A stretch of 64,000 bases of DNA from Candidatus Limnocylindria bacterium (GCA_035513775.1 DATKBR010000004.1:469-64468); one strand, 5' to 3'; counted from the stretch's first letter, positions 19,820-27,298 are shown. Made by a program: numbers and translations. Notes: generated by a model from the letters alone, not told the origin.

Positions 19820-21295
19820 ATGCTCCCCACCGATCCCGATGCCGCGGCCGAGGGCCGACCCGACGCGGCGCCGGCGCCTATGCCGACCGGCCTCGTCGAC
19901 CAGCCGATTCTCGCTCCCGTGCCGGCAGCCCCCGTGGGGCGGCGACGCGGCTGGGCGTTCGGCGTGTCCATGGTCCTCGTCGCCGTGATGGGCGGCGGGG
20001 CGCTGTTCATGTCGGGCTACTCAGTCGGCGTGGACCAGGGCCGCACACCCGGCAGCTCCATCTCGGAGCGTGACGCCTGGCAGCCGTTCTGGGACGTCTA
20101 CCGCGCGATCACGACTCGCTATCCCCTCGAGCCGATCGAGCGCAGCACGCTCATCGAAGGGGCCATCCGCGGCATGGTCGAGTCGGTCGGCGACCCGTAC
20201 TCCTCGTACCTGAGCCCGGCGGACTTCACGGGCACGCTCAACGACATCTCGGGCACGTTCGAGGGCATCGGCGCCGAGATCGGCTCCGTCGACGCCTCCG
20301 GCAACACGAGCGACTGCAACCGGTACGGGCCGGACTGCTTCCTCGTCGTCATCGCACCACTGCCGGGCTCGCCGGCCGAGGCCGCCGGTCTGCGGCCGGG
20401 CGACGTCATCCTCGAGGTGGATGGTTCGCGGCTTGATGGCCTGACGCCGGACGAGGCCCGCGACCGCGTGCGAGGCAAGGCCGGCACGGAGGTCAAGCTG
20501 CACATCCAGCGCTTCGCCGCGCCGGTGCGGGCGACGCCAGGCCCGACTGCGGCGCCGGCGCCGTCCTCGCCCGGGTCCCCGGCGCCCAGTGCGACACCGA
20601 AGCCGCGCCAGATCCTCGACGACTTCGAGGTAACGATCGTGCGGGCCAAGATCCAGCGACGCGAGGTCACCAGCCGCGATCTCGCCGGCGGCGAGGTCGG
20701 CTACGTCAGCCTGGGCGGCTTCTCCAGCGCCGGCGCCAAGGAGCTGGAGACGGCGATCCAGGCGCACCTGGACAAGGGCGTCAGGAAGCTCGTCCTCGAC
20801 CTCCGCGGGAACCCGGGCGGCTTCCTGCTCGACTCGCTCGACGTTGCGAGCGAGTTCATCGCCGAGGGTCCTATCTACTGGCAGGAGGACGCGAGTGGCG
20901 TCCAGACCGTCTCCGACGCCCGCCCCGGCGGGATCGCCACCGACCCCTCCATCCAGGTTGTCGTCCTCATCGATCGCGGGACCGCGTCCGCCGGCGAGAT
21001 CGTCGCCGGGGCGCTCCAGGATCGCGGCAGGGCGAAGCTCATCGGCGAGACGACGTTCGGCAAGGGCACGGTGCAGGAGTGGATCGAGCTCGGCGAGCTG
21101 GGCGGCGTGAAGCTGACGACGAACAAGTGGCTGACCCCGAACAGGACGTGGATCCACAAGGTCGGGATCACGCCGGACATCCCGGTGACCGTCCCGCCGG
21201 ACCTGCCGCAGGGCAGCGACCCCGTCCTCGACGAGGCGCTGGAGGTCCTTGGGGCGGCGGCGGTCGCGCCGCGGTACTACCTGCGAGCTGCCTGA
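19820..21295 (+). CDS. ctpA: Carboxy-terminal processing protease (S41) with a PDZ domain
   Basis: TM anchor, PDZ (GLRPGDVILEVDG), LDLRGNPGG, catalytic Ser in DRGTASAGE and Lys in TFGKGTVQ. Confidence 0.85.
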   Translation: MLPTDPDAAAEGRPDAAPAPMPTGLVDQPILAPVPAAPVGRRRGWAFGVSMVLVAVMGGGALFMSGYSVGVDQGRTPGSSISERDAWQPFWDVYRAITTRYPLEPIERSTLIEGAIRGMVESVGDPYSSYLSPADFTGTLNDISGTFEGIGAEIGSVDASGNTSDCNRYGPDCFLVVIAPLPGSPAEAAGLRPGDVILEVDGSRLDGLTPDEARDRVRGKAGTEVKLHIQRFAAPVRATPGPTAAPAPSSPGSPAPSATPKPRQILDDFEVTIVRAKIQRREVTSRDLAGGEVGYVSLGGFSSAGAKELETAIQAHLDKGVRKLVLDLRGNPGGFLLDSLDVASEFIAEGPIYWQEDASGVQTVSDARPGGIATDPSIQVVVLIDRGTASAGEIVAGALQDRGRAKLIGETTFGKGTVQEWIELGELGGVKLTTNKWLTPNRTWIHKVGITPDIPVTVPPDLPQGSDPVLDEALEVLGAAAVAPRYYLRAA

Positions 21296-21329
21296 GGCCA
21301 CCCCTCGGCGGCGCTCGGTACGGACCTTG

Positions 21330-21358
21330 TTGCGCCCCACGCCGGGTTCGGCTAGGGT
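21330..21358 (+). promoter_or_regulatory. Promoter-like TTGCGC-N17-TAGGGT
   Basis: Spacer counted as 17 nt. The predicted start, around 21365, sits just before the GAAAGGAGGTGAT element. Confidence 0.4.
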
Positions 21359-21364
21359 TCGCGC

Positions 21365-21503
21365 GAACGAAAGGAGGTGATGTGCAGTGTCAGAACACGG
21401 TCGCTGCACCACCTCGCAGGAGATGGCCGTCTAACCGGTCACCTGCTGCGGGTGGTGAGCCGCAATTGAACGCCGGTCCTTCGGGACCGGCGTTCTTGCT
21501 TTG
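21365..21503 (+). ncRNA. Candidate ~140-nt structured small RNA (family unknown)
   Basis: Bounded by the promoter-like element and an intrinsic terminator. Hairpin GAGGTG(AT)GTGCAG-16 nt loop-CTGCACCACCTC at 21374-21415. The only internal ORFs have poor codon usage. Confidence 0.4.
21471..21503 (+). terminator. Rho-independent terminator
   Basis: CGCCGGTCC-TTCG-GGACCGGCG (9-bp GC stem, tetraloop) followed by GTTCTTGCTTTG. Confidence 0.7.
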
Positions 21504-21534
21504 CGGGGCCCACGATCTTTGCGGGCCCCACGAT
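21499..21534 (+). repeat. Tandem 18-bp direct repeat CTTTGCGGGGCCCACGAT / CTTTGCGGGCCCCACGAT
   Basis: 17/18 identical and directly abutting a -10-like TAGACT (21535-21540) upstream of smpB. Confidence 0.85.
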
Positions 21535-21597
21535 TAGACTCATCGGCCCACCACCCGCCAGCTGAGGACCGCTCCCATTCCCGAGAAGACGATCGCA

Positions 21598-22038
21598 ATG
21601 AACCGGCGCGCCCGCCACGAGTTCCTCATCGAGGACTCGATGGAGGCGGGCATCGTGCTGTCCGGGACGGAGATCAAGTCGATCCGCGCGGGCAAGGTGA
21701 ACCTGGCCGACTCATTCGCGCGCATCGAGCGCGGCGAGGCGTGGCTCGTCGGGGCGCACATCGCGCCCTGGGAGGGTGGCAATCGCGTGAACCACGAGCC
21801 CAAGCGCGACCGGAAGCTGCTGCTCCATCGCGGGCAGATCGACCAGCTGCTGGGCAAGACGAAGGCCAAGGGCCTGACCCTGGTGCCCCTCAAGCTGTAC
21901 ATCACCGCGCGCGGCAAGGCGAAGCTGGAGCTTGGCCTGGGCAAGGGCAAGCAGCTCCACGACCGACGCCGCGAGATCCAGGCGCGCGACGCCCGCCGGG
22001 ACATCGAACGCGAGCTGGCGGAGTCCGGCCGGCGCTGA
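21598..22038 (+). CDS. smpB: SsrA-binding protein SmpB
   Basis: NRRARHEFLIEDSMEAGIVLSGTEIKSIRAGKVNL...KLLLHRGQI...GKGKQLHDRR. Homology continues upstream of the ATG (TIA-), so the true start may be non-canonical (see findings). Confidence 0.92.
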   Translation: MNRRARHEFLIEDSMEAGIVLSGTEIKSIRAGKVNLADSFARIERGEAWLVGAHIAPWEGGNRVNHEPKRDRKLLLHRGQIDQLLGKTKAKGLTLVPLKLYITARGKAKLELGLGKGKQLHDRRREIQARDARRDIERELAESGRR

Positions 22039-22069
22039 GGCCGGGTGGCCAGCTCACGCTGAGCGAGGG

Positions 22070-22107
22070 CTGGGGGGCTGGCCGCTGGGGGGCTGGCCGC
22101 TGGGGCC
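22070..22107 (+). repeat. 2.5 tandem copies of the 15-bp G-rich unit CTGGGGGGCTGGCCG
   Basis: Read directly just downstream of the smpB stop. With the preceding GGG there are four G-runs of 3 or more. Confidence 0.85.
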
Positions 22108-22274
22108 TCCGCATACGCCCGATCGCAAGGGGCCCTATGCATGCGTGCATAGCCGAGCGTGGGCCCTCTCGCTAGGGCCGCCGGGCGGCTTGGGCGATGG
22201 TTTGTGAACGCCCTGGAACTGATCCTCAGGTCGAAGACCAAAAAGGGGTCGATTGACCACCGAGGCGTTCACAC

Positions 22275-24413
22275 ATGTTCCCAACCAACCAGCCCACCCC
22301 GGCCTCCCGGCAGCTCTCCCGGCCAGCTCGAAGGACCCGCAGCGCCGCGCTCGTCGCGATCGCGCTAATGGTTCTCGGCGCCGTTGCGTCACCGACGCCC
22401 ATCAGCGCCGCATCCACCGCGAAGACGCTCGAGGGCACCCTGGAGCTGGTCCACGGCGAAGACTTCGCAACCGGGAAGTCGACGTATGACTACCACCTGC
22501 GGGTGGGCAACGAGCGCGTCGCCCTGAAGATGCCGCGCGACGTGCCCCCCGGATTCGTGAACGGCGCGAAGGTGCGCGTGAAGGGCCGGCAGGACGCCGG
22601 CGCCTTCGTCGCCCTCGACGGGGCGCTCAGCAGCACCCAGGTCCTGGCCTCCGCCCCGTCATGGACGGGCCCCCGGAAGCTGGCGGTCATCCTGATCAAC
22701 TTCAGCAACGACACCAGGAAGCCGTACACGCGGGCATTCGCGAATCGCGTCGTCTTCAAGAACGCAGACTCGGTTCGTGAGTACTACCTGGAGCAGTCGA
22801 AGGGCGCGGTCTCCATCACCGGAACGACGTTCGACTGGCTGCAGATCCCGCACAACAGCGGGACGTGCGACTACCGGCTCTGGGCCGACGCCGCAAAGGC
22901 CGGGCTGGCCGCGCGGGGCATCGACCTGAGCACCTACACCAACTTCATGTTCATGTTCCCGCCCACCAGCTCGTGCAGCTGGCGCGGGCTTGCGCAGCTG
23001 CCCGGACCGGTCGCCTGGATCAACGGATCGCCGTACCTCCGCGTCGCCGCGCACGAGCTGGGCCACAACCTGGGCGTCCATCACGCGAGCTCACTGCGCT
23101 GCAAGAAGAACGGCGTGCGGGTCGCCCTATCGTCCAACTGCACTCGCTCCGAGTACGGCGACCCGTTCACGACGATGGGCGGCGCGATGACACGCCATGT
23201 TCACAACCTGGAGCTGATCCAGATCGGCTACCTGCCGACGAGCGCGGCGAGGACCGTGGTCACCAGCGGGACGTACACGCTCAAACATGCCTCCGCGACG
23301 AGTGGGACGCGCATCATCAGCATCCCGCGCGGCAACGGGACCTTCCTCTACCTCGAGTACCGACGCCCGTACGGGACGCACTTCGACGACTTCTCGTACA
23401 GAGATCCGGCAGTTAGAGGCGTGACGCTTCGCCTCGCTGCAGGCTGGACCCAGATCACGCAGACCCAGCTGATCGACACCCGGCCCCGTACCACAACGTT
23501 TGCCGACGCGCCGCTTCGTCTCGATCACGGGTTCCGCGACTACGTGTCGGGCGTGAAGGTCCGCGTGACGTCGATCGGCAAGTACGCCGCCAAGGTGGCC
23601 ATCACGATGCCGTCCGACGCCATCGCGCCCACCGCCGTGTCGTCGTTCACCGCGACCGCCACCTCCACCTCGGCGATCAACCTCAAGTGGGGGCCAAGCA
23701 CCGACAACCGCGCCGTGACCGGGTACCGGATCTGGCGCGACGGGGTCCTGCTGACCACCGCAGCCGCGACCGCCACCAGCCTCACCGACAGCGGCCTCGC
23801 GCCCTCCACCAGGTACTACTACACGATCAAGGCCATAGATGGCGCCGGCAACCTGAGCGCCGCGGTCAGCGCGCCGGCGACGACGAGTGCGGCCGACTCG
23901 CCGCCGACGGCGCCGGGCAACGCCACGGTCACAGTCACCGACACGACGGCGCGACTCACCTGGTCTGCGGCGTCGGACAACCTGGGCGTCACCGGCTACC
24001 GGGTGTGGCGCAATGGCGCACTGCTCGGGACCACTACGTCAAGGGAATGGAACAACTCCAATCTGACCCCCGAGACGGCCTACTCGTGGACCATCCGGGC
24101 CGTTGACACGGCGGGCCAGACCGGGCCGGCCGTCACCGTGACGGCGACGACGGCCGAGACGGACGTCGAGGCCCCGACCGCGCCCAAGGCCACGGTCGCG
24201 CCCGAGAACCCCAGCTGGGCGAGCCTCACGTGGACGGCATCGACCGATAACGTTGGAGTCGTCGAGTACGTCGTGTACCGCGACGGCCAGCTCCACGCCA
24301 CGACCGGCGTGTCCGATCGGGAGCTGCGGGTAGCACGGGGGTCGGCCTACACGGTCGTCGCGGTGGACGCGGCCGGCAACGCGAGCGTGCCGTCGGAGCC
24401 GGTCTCGGCCTGA
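22275..24413 (+). CDS. Secreted zinc metalloprotease (HExxHxxGxxH, gametolysin/M11-like) with three C-terminal fibronectin type III domains
   Basis: Signal peptide with an RR motif (SRPARRTRSAALVAIALMVLGAVASP), AAHELGHNLGVHHAS, then three FN3-like units of about 90 aa (..LKWGPSTDNRAVTGYRIWRDG.., ..LTWSAASDNLGVTGYRVWRNG.., ..LTWTASTDNVGVVEYVVYRDG..). Confidence 0.8.
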   Translation: MFPTNQPTPASRQLSRPARRTRSAALVAIALMVLGAVASPTPISAASTAKTLEGTLELVHGEDFATGKSTYDYHLRVGNERVALKMPRDVPPGFVNGAKVRVKGRQDAGAFVALDGALSSTQVLASAPSWTGPRKLAVILINFSNDTRKPYTRAFANRVVFKNADSVREYYLEQSKGAVSITGTTFDWLQIPHNSGTCDYRLWADAAKAGLAARGIDLSTYTNFMFMFPPTSSCSWRGLAQLPGPVAWINGSPYLRVAAHELGHNLGVHHASSLRCKKNGVRVALSSNCTRSEYGDPFTTMGGAMTRHVHNLELIQIGYLPTSAARTVVTSGTYTLKHASATSGTRIISIPRGNGTFLYLEYRRPYGTHFDDFSYRDPAVRGVTLRLAAGWTQITQTQLIDTRPRTTTFADAPLRLDHGFRDYVSGVKVRVTSIGKYAAKVAITMPSDAIAPTAVSSFTATATSTSAINLKWGPSTDNRAVTGYRIWRDGVLLTTAAATATSLTDSGLAPSTRYYYTIKAIDGAGNLSAAVSAPATTSAADSPPTAPGNATVTVTDTTARLTWSAASDNLGVTGYRVWRNGALLGTTTSREWNNSNLTPETAYSWTIRAVDTAGQTGPAVTVTATTAETDVEAPTAPKATVAPENPSWASLTWTASTDNVGVVEYVVYRDGQLHATTGVSDRELRVARGSAYTVVAVDAAGNASVPSEPVSA

Positions 24414-24495
24414 GCCGCGGGCCCACCAGGTCCACGAAGCGGCCACGTTCCGTGGCACATCGCGCGAGATGCGGAGCTTCAGACAAGCGTGATCC

Positions 24496-24783
24496 TCACG
24501 CGCACTTGGGCGGCAGAGCCCCTCTTGCCGAGCTCATGGTGGCGGAGCCGAGGATCAGAAAGACGAAGGACCCGATGAGCAGGAGCGTCGGGTGCCGCAC
24601 CGTGGATGAAGCCCGCAGTCCACGGGACCTCGACGACCATCGCCTCACCGAGATGACGACGCCGGCCAAGCCCATGAGCGCGAGGAAACCTACGACGCCC
24701 GCCTCCGGCGCCGCTCGGTAGGGCCATGGGAGGAAAGCGCCGCCCAGCACGCACAGGACGAGCGGGGAGAACAAGGCCAGCAC
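24496..24783 (-). CDS. Hypothetical small membrane protein (3 TM); possibly extends upstream to 24912
   Basis: GTG start and fairly high GC3. The reading frame stays open upstream to a TGA without any ATG, GTG or TTG. A strong AAGGAGG sits at 24916-24922 on the minus strand. Confidence 0.4.
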   Translation of the reverse strand: MLALFSPLVLCVLGGAFLPWPYRAAPEAGVVGFLALMGLAGVVISVRRWSSRSRGLRASSTVRHPTLLLIGSFVFLILGSATMSSARGALPPKCA

Positions 24784-25093
24784 GAAGAGGTTGTTCCGAC
24801 GGGCGAGGCGTCCTGCCGCGCCAGAGAACTTGAGTTGGTATTTCGGCGTCCCGTCGAGGACGAGCCCAGGTGCCGTCGCGCCCGAGAGCCCGAGTCCACC
24901 TGCGACGAGGATTCGCCTCCTTCGATCGCGACCTCGCCCTCTGCCGTGATCGTGGCACAGCGGAGTGGCGGGGGTTCAGGTCAGCGGTCGACGAGGGGCA
25001 GCCGCGTAATCTCCGGCGGATCAGGAGCCAGGCGACCGCCTGTCGGCCGCCTGCTTACGTCGGCCGCCCGCTTGCGAGAGCTCCGGGAGCCCG

Positions 25094-25828
25094 TCAGGCG
25101 GGCGGAGCCTGGATGACGTGATACTGGATGGCCTTCGTGACGGCTTCCAGGCGGGAGGCGACACCGAACTTCCGGCGGATGGCCTCGACGTGACGGCGGA
25201 CTGTGCCCTCGGCGATGCCCAGGTCGGCGGCGATACCGCGGGTGGTTTGGCCACCGGCGAGTGCACGGAGCACGGTGAGCTCGCGCGACGTTAGCGGCTG
25301 GAGCAGAGGCGGCAGGTGCGCCTGACCCTCGAGACCCCGGGCGATCCGTCCGAGCATTGTCGGATCCACGATCGGCTCGTGGGCGTGGGTGGCGCGGATG
25401 GCGCTCAGCAGCACCGCGAGGCGCTGCGCCTTGGCCACGTAGCCGTCGGCACCGGCGCGGAGCGTGGACAGGATCGCCTCGTCATCGGCGGTGCCGGAGA
25501 GCATGACGATCCTGGCGTGAGGCCAGCGCGCCTTGATGTGCCGGCAGGCGTCGGCGCCGGTGCCATCGGGCAGGGTGTAGTCGACGATGGCCACGTCGGG
25601 CGCCCTCTGGGGAAGGTCTGCGACCTCCCGCACTGAGCCTGCGGAGCCGATCACGACCATGTCCGGTTCGCGCTGGAGCACGCCCCTGAGGGCCTCGATC
25701 ACGGTCTGGTGATCGTCCACCAGCAGGACGGCGATCGGGCGTGCGATGGTGATTGCGGTGGTGATTCTCGATGTGACATCAAGAGTTTGGGTGTTCATCA
25801 TTCCTCGTCCCGGCCTCGACATGGGCAC
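25094..25828 (-). CDS. NarL/LuxR-family two-component response regulator (no kinase gene adjacent)
   Basis: Receiver domain (VLLVDDH..., DVAIVDYTLPDG, VMLSG) plus LuxR HTH (LTSRELTVLRALAGGQTTRGIAADLGIAEGTVRRHV). The start is more likely the ATGATG at 25798-25801. Confidence 0.85.
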   Translation of the reverse strand: MPMSRPGRGMMNTQTLDVTSRITTAITIARPIAVLLVDDHQTVIEALRGVLQREPDMVVIGSAGSVREVADLPQRAPDVAIVDYTLPDGTGADACRHIKARWPHARIVMLSGTADDEAILSTLRAGADGYVAKAQRLAVLLSAIRATHAHEPIVDPTMLGRIARGLEGQAHLPPLLQPLTSRELTVLRALAGGQTTRGIAADLGIAEGTVRRHVEAIRRKFGVASRLEAVTKAIQYHVIQAPPA

Positions 25829-25906
25829 ATCGTTTCGGCCGTGCAGTCAGTGGACCACCGGGCTGCCCACATAGATACGGGCCAGATGGCCCACGAGAGG
25901 GGGCCA

Positions 25907-26185
25907 TCACGCACACCGAGCGCGAGGCATTCGTACGGGGCTACCGAAAAAGGTACCTACGGCTGAGCGGAACCTCTGTGAGCGGCACGGTCTCGAGCGG
26001 GCGGCCGGCCAGCGAGACGCGACCGTCGACGGGGTCCCGGCTCGCGCCGCCTCGAGCATCGCGTCGCACATGAGCGCGATGGCCTCGGGGGTGTTGAGGA
26101 GGATGCCGGCGGCGCGATGCCGTCGCGCCAGCTCGGCGGCGCTGAAGATGAGGAGCCGCTCCTCCTCCCACGGCGTGAGGCGCAC
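25907..26185 (-). pseudogene. ureA: Urease gamma-subunit (ureA) relic, frameshifted and truncated
   Basis: The first ~50 codons ([50 protein letters not shown]) match UreA. Similarity then continues only in another frame ([18 protein letters not shown]) and ends early. No ureB or ureC follows. Confidence 0.55.
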
Positions 26186-26345
26186 GGGCGCATCGTAGCG
26201 GCCCGGCTCCCAGCGTGATCAGACGCGAACGCGCCGAGGGATCACCGCGAACCCCGCCGCCGCGTGGATGAGCTCCACCGCGACCGCTTCGTCGAAGGGC
26301 ATGCGGTAGACTACCCACGAACGCCGAACGCGCGTTCGACTCCGT

Positions 26346-26717
26346 GGGGATGCGTGGTCTCGACAGGGTCTGGTTGTCAGTGGACGCGAGCCGAGGTGCC
26401 GTCAGGCCTCGTTAAACCGGCGGCAAAACGAAGTACCTGCCAACAAGCAGTCGACTCTCGCTCTCGCCGCTTAGGCGGTAGAGTGAGCGTGGAAACGGCC
26501 CCCGCCTCGCGGGCCGCGGAAGCGTCATTCAGCGGGGCTGCAGCCCGGACGAGCGTCGCGTAGGCCGGAGTCAAGCCCAATTTAGGGACACGTGACTGGA
26601 CCCCAGGGCAGGGTGCCGATCTTCGGCCCCGGGGTTGACGAAAACGATCGGACACGCTCGTAGTGGCTGCTGACGAAGGGTTCTGGACGGGGAGTTCGAC
26701 TCTCCCCCATCTCCACC
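26346..26717 (+). ncRNA. ssrA: tmRNA (SsrA)
   Basis: The 5' GGGGATG pairs with the 3' CATCTCC-A-CCA, including the G-U third pair. T-arm GGGGAGTTCGACTCTCCCC. Internal tag ORF GCC AAC AAG CAG TCG ACT CTC GCT CTC GCC GCT TAG (26439-26474) encodes ANKQSTLALAA. Confidence 0.92.
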
Positions 26718-26766
26718 ACTTCACCTGATTTGCGCCGCCAGTTCGGCGCGCCCAGGTCGCCCGTGT

Positions 26767-27228
26767 TCAGCGGCGAATCGCGCTCCAGCGGGTGTAGCGC
26801 GGCGGCCACTCGTCGGTGTCGCGCTCGCCGAGGATCGCAGTGCCGAGCCTGAGCTCGAAGAGCCGGTACGAGTCGTCGACCTCGAAGAACCAGCCAGCGG
26901 CGACGCGATCCCACTCGGCGCCGGGCTGGACCAGTCGTGCCCGGCCACGCATCGAGATCTCCGTGGGATCGGCTGGGTCCTGATGGCCGTGGAGTGCGAA
27001 CCGGCCGTCCTCGGCTAGGTCGCGCCGCTTTGCCGAGTCGAGCAGGAATACGTACAGGCCATCGCCGACTATCCCGACATTAACCGGGTGGATGCGCGGC
27101 GGCGCGCCGCCGCGGACCGTCGCCAGGAGTGCTGCACCTTCTCCCGACCGGTACAGGACGCGGCGTCCGGCCTCGGCGACTGCCGGGGCGCCGGCGGCGA
27201 GATCCGACCAGCGCGCGAGGCCGTCCAC
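26767..27228 (-). CDS. Pyridoxamine 5'-phosphate oxidase-like (split-barrel flavin/F420-binding) family protein
   Basis: LLATVRGGAPPRIHPVNVGIVGDGLYVFLLDSAKRRDL... is typical of the PPOX-like family. I prefer the GTG 27228 start; ATG 27300 and 27333 are the alternatives. Confidence 0.55.
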   Translation of the reverse strand: MDGLARWSDLAAGAPAVAEAGRRVLYRSGEGAALLATVRGGAPPRIHPVNVGIVGDGLYVFLLDSAKRRDLAEDGRFALHGHQDPADPTEISMRGRARLVQPGAEWDRVAAGWFFEVDDSYRLFELRLGTAILGERDTDEWPPRYTRWSAIRR

Positions 27229-27298
27229 AGCCCGAGTCTGCCCGAATCCCGGGTCGGCCGCTCGCGCCGTGTTGCCCGTGGCTTGGTACCGTCGGGGC

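Noticed and set aside
21380-21537. Small ORFs behind the perfect SD in the ctpA-smpB spacer: a 29-aa ATG ORF (MCSVRTRSLHHLAGDGRLTGHLLRVVSRN) and a 51-aa GTG ORF.
   Set aside because: The SD-to-ATG spacing is only 2 nt. GC3 is about 64 percent with rare codons (AGA, ACA, CTA, GGA), against over 80 percent in real genes here. The 51-aa frame runs straight through the intrinsic terminator. I treat the region as RNA, though the 29-aa ORF cannot be fully excluded.
22209-22229. A 21-mer, gccctggaactgatcctcagg, resembles gccttggaactgatcatctgg at 28617-28637 (18/21). I first read it as a shared regulatory motif.
   Set aside because: A back-of-envelope estimate for a 64-kb GC-biased sequence predicts many 18/21 matches by chance. 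There is also no positional logic linking the two sites.
24450-24466. The palindrome GCCACG-TTC-CGTGGC after the protease stop, considered as a second parS or a terminator.
   Set aside because: It matches the parS consensus poorly. As a hairpin it has only a 6-bp stem with no U-tract, so the evidence is insufficient for either call.
24452-25121. Several 80-160-aa ORFs on both strands between the protease and the response regulator (24452..24721, 24479..24958, 24690..24899, 24835..25116, 24870..25121).
   Set aside because: They are Arg/Ser/Pro-rich with no motifs and overlap one another. Only the 3-TM frame 24496..24783 has membrane-protein character and acceptable codon usage. A 15-nt direct repeat, GTCGGCCGCC(T/C)GCTT (25039-25072), is noted but is too short and GC-rich to interpret.
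26377-26724. 115-aa minus-strand ORF (MKWWRWGRVELPVQNPSS...).
   Set aside because: It lies entirely antisense to the tmRNA gene. Its start region is simply the reverse complement of the tmRNA acceptor and T-arm.
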